From positions 17,174,001 through 17,238,000 of the forward strand of contig NC_045704.1 of assembly GCF_009834535.1 (NCBI RefSeq): 64,000 nucleotides of DNA, in the 5' to 3' direction. The notes beneath the pieces are model-generated. The model ran no database searches. It was not told where the DNA came from and saw nothing but the letters and a program-made list of their open reading frames with translations. The position numbers were made by a program, and so were the translations under genes. The stretch comes from Camelus ferus. Lineage: Eukaryota. Below, one piece after another: positions 52,410 through 64,000 of the stretch. Numbering within the stretch: position 1 is the first letter of the stretch; each line of letters opens with the position of its first letter.

Positions 52410-53017
52410 GGGGCCCCTGAGAAGATCCCAGACCCACAGTATCCCCCTCAGGACATGGACAGTATGTAGGTGGCAGGAATTGGGGGGCAGGATGGTTACC
52501 TCCTCCCCAATAAAGCCATTTCGTCCTTTCCAGTTTGGGGCGGAATGAGGCCTGCTCCTCTTGTCTACCCCCTCTCCCCACAGCTCCCTCCCTGTGATGG
52601 GGGGCAGCTGAGGGGAAGCAGGGGCACAGTCTCCCTCCATTGAGCCCCTGTACATAACCTGGAGTGTGTTACCTTCAGACCTTTTCACTTGTACTTTATG
52701 CAAAATGGCTCGCGTGAGGGCCGCAAGCTGGAGGGTTGTGCAGGCCTCAGGCCACAGGGAGGCACCTGTGGAGTAGGGGGAGTTCATGTACCCCTTTTTT
52801 CCCCAGAGGGGCTGGACTCAGGTTAGTTTGGGGGTGGGGGCTCCTGCACTTTGCCACAGGCATGGAGAGGGTTCTCGCCTCACCCCCTCTGCCCTCCCAA
52901 CTTGGGTTGTACTTTCTAAGAAGGTGATTTTCCCCTCCCCTCATCCCCATCCCCAGAACAAAACATGTTGATCATGTGCAATATTTCTTACTGTGCCGAG
53001 AAGCCGCAATGACCGAG

Positions 53018-53023
53018 ATTAAA
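53018..53023 (+). terminator. CIC: CIC distal polyadenylation signal ATTAAA
   Basis: ATTAAA followed by CA dinucleotides and a GT-rich downstream stretch. Confidence 0.75.
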
Positions 53024-53883
53024 GCTGTTTAACACACCTGTGTAGCTGTCTGTTCTAAAGGGAGAAGGGATGTTGGTTATACCAGTTGGTTCCCCGGATG
53101 GCCATGGAGTTACATACTGCTCCCCCAACCCAAGATGAGGGAAGGAATTCCAGGACCATCCTCTCCCTACCTCAGAAGGATCTGGTCAGCAGTCATGATC
53201 CTTTCTCAGCCATCCAACCTGCGTGAGCTGGGGGAGGGCCTGAGATGTGGTGCTGCAAGAAGGGCAGTTCATCTTTGACAGTCCAGTTGGACCTGATAGG
53301 TCTGAGCCAGAGGTGGCACTGGGTGGGAGAGGCCAGTTGGCCAAGAGAACTGCGCTGTCCTCGGTGACTCTTGGTGCCCCCACGTGGCCTGAGCTAGCAC
53401 TGCAGCCAGGCCAGAGGAAGCTCTCCTGCTTTCTGCCTGTCTATCACAGCCTGTGGACATGCTCTTGGGAGAAAGATAACCATATCCTGTGTAGAGGGAT
53501 GACTGCTGGGGGTGGGAAGGTCAGGAAGCTTCCACAAGAAGTCACATCTAAGCCAGGACCAGAATACCGTTAAGTTCCAGCCAGGGGAAAGAGCATGTGC
53601 AGACTGGAGGGCAGATTTGGGTGGGCTTTGACTATTGAATCACCCAGAATTCTTGCTTGACCTTGATCCTGTAGGGTTGTGTTGGCAAACTAGTTTCACC
53701 TAGTGTGCTACTCATTAGTACTGCCTGCCTGCAGCACTCCTGTGATAGTAGAAATCTGACTGTTGATGGATTGGTGAGGCCTGCCTTGGACAGAGCTGCA
53801 GGGTCACAGGTATCAGCGTTGAGGTTGAGGTACCCAGACAGGCTTGACCATAGAGCAGAAAATTGGAGACTGAAGAATGAAAA

Positions 53884-53889
53884 TTTAAT
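53884..53889 (-). terminator. PAFAH1B3: PAFAH1B3 polyadenylation signal ATTAAA (very short 3' UTR)
   Basis: tttaat on the + strand, 20 nt past the stop codon. Confidence 0.75.
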
Positions 53890-53908
53890 GTTGCAGGAAG
53901 GCAGATGC

Positions 53909-56034
53909 TTAGGGTGTGGGCTCTGGCAAGGGGACACCGCCCTGGCCCTGGTCTTGGGCCAGCAGACGCTGAAGCAGGGAGTGCAGGGCCCGGCAAACAG
54001 GTGTGTAGCCCAGGCGGCTCAGATGCAGGTAATCATACATGTCATGGTGGCTTATGGTGCCATCTGAGTGCACAAAGCCAGGGTCTGCATCCAGGAAGTG
54101 GGCCCGTGGGTTGCCAGCCAATGCTGCCCGTACCAGCTCATTCACCCGTCGGTTTTTCTCACGAAGTGGGTTGGGGTGCTGGCCCCGAGGAAGCAGGCCC
54201 TGGAGAAGGTACCAAGCATTATAAGGAGGCAGCCTACCAGCATCTGGGTATCCTGTTCTCTGTGCCAAACTGTTTTCCACCCCCCAGCTGTAGAATACAC
54301 CAGGGATGAAAAACCGGGGTTTAGAAACGTAGTTCCTGAAACCAGGTCTGAGATCTCATTCAGCAAGAACCTTCTAGAAGTGATGAAGTCTAGATTTGCC
54401 CTGAGAACGCCTGACAACTTTTGGCTATTTAAGTATTTTGAGTTTTTCAACACCCGTAGAATCTCTAACAGTCCCTTGGGCAAAATGGGCTAATTAGTCC
54501 CTAAATGTGTCTGATGGGTGTAGCAAGTGCCAACGCGAGATTCTGCCTGAAGGCCACTGCTCGGTGCCAAGATGCTCAGAATTGTGCAGCTGTGGCTACA
54601 CCTCAAAGGGTCCCAGACCACTGCCTTTCTTCCTCCCCCACCATCCCATTCTCTCACCAGCACGACGACCCGGGCCTGGGGCTGCCGCTCGTTCACCAGT
54701 TGCACAATGGCCTTGATGCCTCCAGTCACCTGCTCTGCAGTGTGCCCGTGGTTGTTGGTACCCACCCAGACCACCACAATCTGCGGAAAGTGACGCATGA
54801 AGCAGTGGTGAGGCAGCAGGCTAATGATGCTCTAGCTGCCCACCCAAGCCCTGCTCACCTTGGGACGGATGTGTTCCAGCTCCCCATTCTCCAGACGCCA
54901 CAGCACGTGCTGCGTGTTGTCACCGCCAATGCCAAAGTTAAGTGCGTGCAGAGGCGAAAAGAGCTCCCGCCAGATCTGTGGGCAAGAAGTGCCGTGGGCA
55001 CAGGGGCATCGTCAGCATTGACCACCACCTCTGTCCAAGTGTTGACCAAATGTCATCATGGAAAGACCCTTGCTTTATGGAAGCAGTCTGGTTAAATCTC
55101 ACCTTGAGCAAACCCCAATATGGTCAAACCTAACTTTATGCAAACCCATTATAATCTCACTTTCACGAAAACCCATAGAAGCAAGACTCCCTTTATGGAA
55201 ACCCATTCTGCTTGAGCCATGCATTGAACCAATAATATTCCAGTTGAACCTCACTTCGAGGGAATCCATGGTTTAACCTCACTTTGTGGAAAGATACCAT
55301 AATTGAGCCTCCTTAGTGGAGAGCTATTACAGTAACCTCCACTTTGTGGAAACAGCTATAGCCTTGCGGAAATCCATTAAGGCTGTGCACTACTAGTTTA
55401 AGCAAACAAAAGAGTCTCATCTTAGGCAATCTTACAAAAAAGCTTCATTTAAAGCCTCACAATACACAAACCCAATGTGACAAAGCCAGGACACACACTT
55501 CCTTCTCAGCAGAATGTGGCACTTACACTGAGACTCTGAGTGCCCTACGGCTACCTGAGGCTATTTCGCGTACCCCATACACCGCCTGGCCTGAGATCCG
55601 GTCCAGGTGTGTCAGTGAGGGCACAGGCCTGGGTGGGGCAGAAGGAGGGGGACTGGTCTCACCTCGCACTGGTGCATTAGCTGGACCAAGGAGTCCCCGA
55701 TGAAGACGACTTCGGGTTCCTTATCTTTGCTGTCGGCTACGAACCGATGGTGCTTTGGGGACGTAAAGGGGGAGTCAATGGCACGCGCGCTGCTGGGCCT
55801 GACCTGCCCCGCTTCCTTAGGCAGCACCACCCCAGCTGTCCTGTTTCCTAATCACGGAGTGAGAGTGGCGTGAACCAGCAGCTCTCCAGAGCCTCACCCA
55901 CTCCGCCCCCGCGCCCCCGCCCCGGACTCCAGAGTTTTGCGGGAGGGGTTGCTCACCAGGGACATCCAGCGCCCGTCTCCCTGAACGTCCTGCACCGGCG
56001 TGGGTTTGCTGGCTGGGTTCTCTTCTCTGCTCAT
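53909..56034 (-). CDS. PAFAH1B3: Platelet-activating factor acetylhydrolase IB subunit alpha1 (SGNH hydrolase), 232 aa
   Basis: Coding exons 56034-55957, 55752-55663, 54975-54859, 54780-54658 and 54199-53909 (699 nt). SGNH blocks FIGDSL, FGIGGD, WVGTNN and DYLHL are intact. Confidence 0.98.
55055..55385. repeat. Decayed tandem repeat, about 30-bp unit x about 11
   Basis: Units like ggaaacccat..(t)gaacctcactttgt recur in a PAFAH1B3 intron. Confidence 0.7.
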
Positions 56035-56570
56035 CTTGGCGCCGCAGCTCCTGCAGGATGAGCAAGCACAGTGGGCCCAAGAGTGTTCCCGGAGGAGGTG
56101 GCGCCGCCACGCCCACCCTCAGGCAACAATGGACGGTCCCGAAGCCTGCAATCCAGCCGAGGGTGACGGCCGATACCGGGCGCCGCCTCCTCTCCTGGGG
56201 CGGAAACCTTCACTTAGGAGGAGGGGAGGTGGAATTGGGAAGCCGTGCTTCCCCTACGGCGGCCGCGCAGTGGGCTCGCTCGGCGCTTCCTGTCCGGGCC
56301 GCTCACTCTCCGGCCGCGGCTGCAGCTAGCGCACCCGGGCACCGGGGGTATGGGGGAGGCGAGACCGTCCAGTACCCGTGGAGGGGAGGAGGAAGAAACC
56401 ACCCTACCAGCGTCACGGGGAGGAGCGAACTACCTGAAAGGCCAAGAGAGGACGGGGAAAATTAAGCGGGGGAAGAAACCATTTGCTATAGAGCGAGTAA
56501 AGTGCGGAAGGGGACCACCTGCGCGCGCTCGCCTGTGTGTGTGCGCGCGCGCCATTCACGTGGTGGGGGG
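55700..56570 (-). promoter_or_regulatory. PAFAH1B3 promoter CpG island with probable non-coding exon
   Basis: CpG-dense. Candidate minus-strand donor gaga|gtgagc at 56307 and acceptor ctgcag|gag at 56050, leaving 16 nt of UTR before the ATG. Confidence 0.7.
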
Positions 56571-57129
56571 AGGGGAATGAGTGGACGGGTCCATTTTTGG
56601 ATCCCTTGAGGGGGTGGCTCATACGTACCTGGCTAGGAGGGGACGCTCCCATTTTCTTTTGACGTGGGGGAGAGAAAAGGAAGATGGCAAAATGTGAAAA
56701 TTAGAGGCTCAACTGTAAGGAGACACCATAAGACAGTGCCAGGACTTTAGTGAGCCTATCTGCTCATGGGCCTCCCCTCCTCAAAACCACCAGTTTTTAT
56801 GGCATAAAATCTAAACTACATGTCTGCATTACAGATATATCACTGACCCTGCAAAGAGGGTAGTAGAAGATACAGAAAGACAAAGGAAATTAGAGATGCT
56901 GCAAGGTCCAGGTCCAGCCTGGCGCCCCTCCCGCACAGCTCATCTTACAGATCTGTGGCCTCTGCTTCCGTCTCTAAACCTATGGCTGTCCAACAACGTC
57001 AGTTGGTTGTTTCTGCGCTCTGAAGCATGCACAACCAAGGTCACCTAAGGTCGCTGACCCAAATTAATCTCAGACTTCAAATCTTCCCAGAACTCCCTGT
57101 TCTGGGGGACCAGGTGGGGGTCCCACACC

Positions 57130-57355
57130 CCCCTAAACGTCCTGATTATATTCCTGTAGCTCCTCTCCCAAGTGGGACCTTCCTACCTATTTATTCCTTC
57201 TAGGTAGGTTGATACTAAGATTTAGAGATCAATCTTATTTACTGTGTTTATATTTTGCTACAATTCACTTGCCTGGAACGGGACCTGAGTCATGGTACCA
57301 AGTGCTATGGCTGTTCACAAGTTCACAAGTACTTCCTGAATGAATTTTAAATGAA
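57130..57355 (+). mobile_element. LINE-2 3' end relic
   Basis: cttgcctggaac..aagtgct..tgaatgaat terminus. Confidence 0.5.
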
Positions 57356-57699
57356 TCGGTCAGATCCTGGTCTTGTCCTACCATGTTGGGGGAGGCAGAT
57401 CCAGACACAGAGCTGCAGGAAGAATCAAAGTTGTGATTAAGGAAGGTACAGGGGACTTCTGCGGGAGGAGGAAGAGAAGGACTCTGAGGGTGAAAGATTT
57501 CCTAGTAGTATCTGAGGAGTTAGGCTTTGAAAGTTTACACAGGTAATGTAGCTTACTAGGGTATGGGGAATACCCTGGCATAGCTTGATTTGAAAGTCTG
57601 AGGGGATAAGTGAGAAACAAAGCTTTGAGGCATCCATTCACCAAGCGCTGTTTCAAATTAGATGTTGGTTCATTTCATACTTACAGCAATTGTAAGAAG

Positions 57700-57850
57700 G
57701 AGCTAATAACTTCATTTTACAGATTAGGAAAACTGAAGCTCTGAGCAGTTACATACTTATCCTGGGTCACAGAGCTCAAATGTGCTAATCTGGGCATTTG
57801 AACCTGGGTAGTCTAGTTCTGGATCCTAGCTTTGAATGACAACACTGTAC
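57700..57850 (-). mobile_element. MIR relic
   Basis: cattttacagattaggaaaactgaagctctgag..cctgggtcacagagct. Confidence 0.75.
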
Positions 57851-57954
57851 TGATTCTCTAGGGATAAGGTCTGTGACTGTGTGGAGACTGGCTGCTTATA
57901 GAGGCTACCGTGGCCCTTCTCTCCCTTCGCTTCGTCTCATCTCACGCTGCTGAG

Positions 57955-58321
57955 AGAAAGTCCGCCAATAGATGTCTAAACCAATCAGCATTGAGGAAGG
58001 GGGCGGGCCTAATGGACCTCACAGCCAATTGGTGAAGGGGAGGTACTTAAGGACAAATGAAAGAAGTTTCCAAAAGTGAGGCTGGGGAGGGGAGGAGGGA
58101 CTATAACCGGCACTCTGGGCCGCTGGCACGTGCCCCTGGGCCTGCTCTTCTCCAGAGCAGGAAAGACAAAGGGTGTGGGAGGGGCACGCGCATGCGCGGG
58201 CGCATGAGACCCGGAAGAGCATCGGGCGCGACAAAACCTGGGGTCACCACGGAAAAGAAGCCATTGTACCCCACAGCCACGTGGAGTAGGCAGAGGGCGG
58301 GATTCGTTGGGGCAGCAGAAG
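57955..58321 (+). promoter_or_regulatory. PRR19 promoter and probable non-coding exon 1
   Basis: Three CCAAT boxes (about 57965, 57981, 58025), NRF1 site 58188-58197, CCGGAAG, donor cagaag|gtgagg at 58321, acceptor ttccag|gttgcc at 58932. Confidence 0.65.
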
Positions 58322-58937
58322 GTGAGGTGCCCCTCCCCCAACCTGCCCCCACCAATCGTACCCTCATCCTTACCTCACCTGGCCCAACCTGCCTTGTTTC
58401 CTGGACCGTCCTTGACGAGGCCTCAATCCCTGATAGCTCCTCTGTTGCCCTTTCTGTTCTCCCGAGGTTTTCTCTGTCTCCCCAGCTTACATCCTCTTTC
58501 CTGCCTTTCTCGCTCTACCATCTCTCCACCTTCTGCATTCTCCAGTATCTCCTCTACCCCTGGATTTCTCCTCTGTTCAAAATCTCTTCTGGTTCACCAG
58601 ACCCCTCCAATATCAAGATCCCTTTCGCATCCCCCATCTTCTAGCTATTTCCTCACATCCCTGTTCCCTCTAACTCTTTCTCTATCCCTTGACAAATCTT
58701 CTCATTCAGTGTGACTCCCTTGACCCTATCCTACCCCTATGACTCTGCCTTTTCCCTGACCTTACCCCTGACCAAGCCTTTTCCAGTTGGCTCTCTGCTG
58801 ATCCCTTTTTTTCACCTTGTCTCTCTAAATCATACTTCCATCTCACCCCAAACCATCTCCTCTTTTCACTACTCACTTTTAGGTCCTTGACTTATCTACA
58901 TGCTGATGACCACCCTATCTTTATCTTCCAGGTTGCC

Positions 58938-60114
58938 ATGGACCCCAGGGGGCCAGCCCCCAAGACTTTCCAGCGGCCTGAGAAACCTGGTCGTGTCCGC
59001 CGTCGGAAGACCAGGCGGGAGCGTAATGAGGCTCTGGTGGGCAGTCGGCAGTCATTGGCCCATCAAGATCCTCCTGTGGCCAGTCGGGATCCACATATGG
59101 TCCTCCGGAATTCTGTGGCCCCTGCTGCCCCCAAGCTTGTGGTCATAACCCAGGGCCGGCTGAGCCGAGAGCACCGGGGTCTCTTCAGCCATGAGGTGAA
59201 ATCTCTGGACGTTGCTCGACTGCTTAGCAGTGGGTCCCTGGAGCCAAGGACCCCTAAACTCCCCACTAAGTTCTCCCCAAGCCCAGGCAGGGCCCAAGAA
59301 CCAGCCCCACAGTCAAGGGGCAAGGAGAACAAGGTCCCTGGAGGCTCGGGCCCAGGCCCACCTAGTCCCCTACAGTTCCCTGACTTGGAGCAGCTGCTGG
59401 AAGAGCTGCAATGCCAGCTAATTCTGCCACAGGCCTTCCCCAGGAGAAATCTAGTACAAGAGGCCAGGGATGTCATCGTGAGCACCTTACAGGCCTGCCA
59501 TGGCTGTGTGCCTGACCTTACCCTGGTGCTCCGGAGTTGCCAGCCACCCTTGCCAGGTGAGTCCACCTCCTGTCCCCTGTACTCCCTTCCCTTTGTCTGT
59601 GCTAGTTCATCTGTCCCCTGTGCTTCTTTCCTCTTTGCCAGGGACCAAGCCTGGGGGCCCTGAGGAACGAAGGATGACACCCTCCTGGATCAACAGCCCT
59701 GAGCAGGCCCCAAGGGAGGGGAGGCAGAGGAGGCAAAAGAAGACAAAGGAGCTCAACTTCACCATGCCTCACACCTGCAGCACTCCTACTGTGCACAGGG
59801 TGAGCCTGGCACCACCGAAAGGTCCCTGGCTACCCCCATTGTCCTCATTGCCTTCACCATCGGAGATGGCCTGGGGCCCCCCAACAGCTTTTGATCTGCT
59901 GAAAAGTATTTGGCTGATAGCCACACCACCCCCTCCCCGGCCCTGGGGGGTTGGCCCACCACAACTCCTGCCTCAGCCACCATCACCCTTGTTGCCCCGA
60001 ACCTCTGCCCTGGACTGGAGCCCCAGCCCCCCTGCCCCACTGCCCAGCCTCTCCTGGGTGGTGGCCCAGAGCAGCCCGGAGGCTTGGTCCTTTCCACCCA
60101 TGAGACTGTACTGA
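58938..60114 (+). CDS. PRR19: Proline-rich protein 19 (363 aa)
   Basis: Coding exons 58938-59556 and 59642-60114, GT-AG and in frame. [40 protein letters not shown] and C-terminal [10 protein letters not shown] match my recollection of PRR19. The position between PAFAH1B3 and TMEM145 fits the synteny. Confidence 0.93.
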
Positions 60115-60164
60115 GGGGGGCTGAGGCTAGGTTGGGGCCAGGAATCCCACATTCTAATCACTTC

Positions 60165-60170
60165 AATAAA
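60165..60170 (+). terminator. PRR19: PRR19 polyadenylation signal AATAAA
   Basis: AATAAA 50 nt after the stop, followed by T/GT-rich sequence. Confidence 0.8.
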
Positions 60171-60339
60171 ATACCTACTTTGTGGTCCTCTTGATTTTTG
60201 GTGAATAGCCCAGGAGAGCAGCTTTCCTTAGCTCTGAGTTCTAGGTCCAAAGTGGAGGGGAAGGTACTGTCACTTGTCACCTTCCTAGGGCCCCAGAGGC
60301 CAGCAGGTTGGGGAAACCTGGGGCTTCAGTCAGTCTAAC

Positions 60340-60720
60340 ACATCCACCCACTGAGGCCAACTATGTGCCCAACTCTGAGCTCTGGTGATGCTGAGGCCCC
60401 AGATTGAGTGAGACTGAGTCTGTGTTCCCAGAGGATGCCCAGTCTAGTGGTGAGCACAGACAGTTCCAGCCCCAGTGGTTGCATCTGAGAGAGACCTGGC
60501 ATAGACCAAGAAGGGAGTGATGACTGTCCTGCTGATGAGAGAGGTCTTCATAGAGGAGTTGACACAAGACCCTTGTATTTTTTGTTTGGTAGCAACTGCT
60601 AGTAGAGGAGGAAAAGAACATTTCAGGCAATGCTAGAAATGTTCTATGGAACAGCATGTACAAGGCTTGGAGGAGGGCAAATAGGGGATGTGGGGCCGTT
60701 TTCATTCAGCTTGTTTCCCA
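60340..60720 (-). mobile_element. LINE-2 relic
   Basis: ctgaggccaactatgtgccc..ctctggtgatgctgag..cccagtctagtggtgag. Confidence 0.55.
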
Positions 60721-61134
60721 AGGCCATGCTGGGACCTAGGGTGAGTCACATCTGGGCCCTGCTTTTGGGAGGCTTGTGGTCTGGTGGGCACAGAAACTGT
60801 GTGTACAGGATCAGGGCAGGAATGGCTGAAGAGGCTTGGATATGGCCCAGAGAATTTTTTCTTTGGCCTACAATATATTTTAAATTTTTGAATCAATTGC
60901 CTATTGTTACAAATCAGATGGTTTGCTTGAAAAAAAAAAACCCCAACACATTTCGAGTTTCTCTCAAAAAAAAAAAAAAGAAGAAAGAAAAAGGATCTGG
61001 CAGGAGACCTACTATTCCTCCTCAACAACTGCCTTAAGACAAGTGGCAGAGGCCCCTTTTTCATGGGGCTTACAGTGTCTATTAAAAGTATTTCATGCAC
61101 TTGTGTTTCCTGCTTGGCCTCTGAACTTAAAAAG

Positions 61135-61526
61135 TTTTTAAAAATGATATATTTAAATTTTTAAAATTTGTATACAATTTTTAAAGGTTACTTTCCACTT
61201 ACAATTATTACAAAATATTGGCTATATTCCCCATGTTGTGTGATACATCCCTGAGCCTGTCTTACACCCAATAGTTTGTACCGCCCACTCCCTCACCTCT
61301 TTACTGCCCTCCCCCCACTGGTAACCACTCGTTTGTTCTCTATATCTGTGAGTCTGCTTCTCTTTTTGTTACATTCACTAGTTTGTTGTATTTTTCAGAT
61401 TCCACATATAAGTGATATCATACAGTATTTATCGTTCTCTGTCTGATTTATTTCGCTTAGCATAATACCCTCCAAGTCTATCCATGTTGCCCCAAGTAAC
61501 AAAATTTCGGTTTTTTTAATAGTTGA
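61135..61526 (-). mobile_element. LINE-1 3' end fragment running into an N-run
   Basis: cagattccacatataagtgatatcatacagtattt..agcataataccctccaagtctatccatgttg. Confidence 0.9.
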
Positions 61527-62364
61527 NNNNNNNNNNNNNNNNNNNNNNNNNNNNNNNNNNNNNNNNNNNNNNNNNNNNNNNNNNNNNNNNNNNNNNNNNN
61601 NNNNNNNNNNNNNNNNNNNNNNNNNNNNNNNNNNNNNNNNNNNNNNNNNNNNNNNNNNNNNNNNNNNNNNNNNNNNNNNNNNNNNNNNNNNNNNNNNNNN
61701 NTGAAGAGCAGCAAATTTTTCTGCAGTAGAGGGAGAGAGATGAAGCTAAAAATGTGTTGGAATCTGATGAGGAAAATGAAGGTGAGAGGATTGGACTGTA
61801 CTCTTTAAAGGTTTTTCAGGGCTCCCATTGCCCACTGGGAAACCATAAGGTCAGTACCAGGGTATAGGGGGCTGGACTGAGAGGTCACACCTCTGTGACT
61901 TGGCTGAGGTCTTATGGGGAGGAAGTGGCAATGCTGGGATTTGAACCCAAGCAATTGACTTCAGAGTCTGCTTGTGGGTTTCTCATAATACTACCTCCTC
62001 TGCCTCACAGCAACTGATTTCACACTCTGGTAAGCAGTGACAGGACAGGGTCAGGCAGCAGGGTGTAGTGGTTGTGGCTGAGGGCTGTCTGCAATCTCGG
62101 AGTTGTGTGACCCAGAATAAATGGTTTGCCCACTCTGTGCCTCTGTGTCTCTGTAGGCAATTCAGAGTGCATGGGATCTGGGGTGGACACAGCTGGTGAT
62201 GGCTGTCATTGGGGGTGGGGATGATCAATCAAAGAGCAGCTTGGGGACTAAGTTGGGGGACAGTCAGGGCAGAACTGGGGTCTGAGGGTTATGGGCCATC
62301 CTGATATGGCAGTCTGGAGGAGGAAGCTCCTCTTGGGGAAATGTGAGTTCATTTTAGGGCATGA

Positions 62365-63975
<1,611 letters not shown>

Positions 63976-64000
63976 TGAGCCCAGCCTGGGGGAGTGGGCA

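Overview
Mammalian genomic DNA, GC-rich and gene-dense, syntenic with the human 19q13.2 block GSK3A-ERF-CIC-PAFAH1B3-PRR19-TMEM145. Four short tRNA-derived SINEs of camelid type point to a camel, llama or alpaca (inference). I traced all exons by hand to GT-AG junctions. GSK3A (-) has exons 1-4 and runs off the window start. ERF (-) is complete. CIC (+) has both the long (about 2513 aa) and short (1608 aa) isoforms. PAFAH1B3 (-) and PRR19 (+) are complete. TMEM145 (+) has exons 1-4 and runs off the window end. Eleven N-runs hide promoter, UTR, intronic and coding sequence. The most unusual structures not explained by the genes are: (1) 13 consecutive ZNF143/THAP11-type (SBS) motifs spaced about 62 bp apart with unrelated spacers, directly upstream of GSK3A; (2) a young 68-bp VNTR with paired CAGGTG boxes next to the CIC-S promoter; (3) a four-layer nested retrotransposition with three copies of one target site and an orphan polyadenylated retrocopy; (4) a roughly 7.6 kb decayed minisatellite and an intact MER41-like solo LTR between the divergent ERF and CIC promoters; (5) an intragenic CpG island in CIC that may be a third promoter. 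Comparisons to human or other orthologues are from memory and need verifying. No database search was run.
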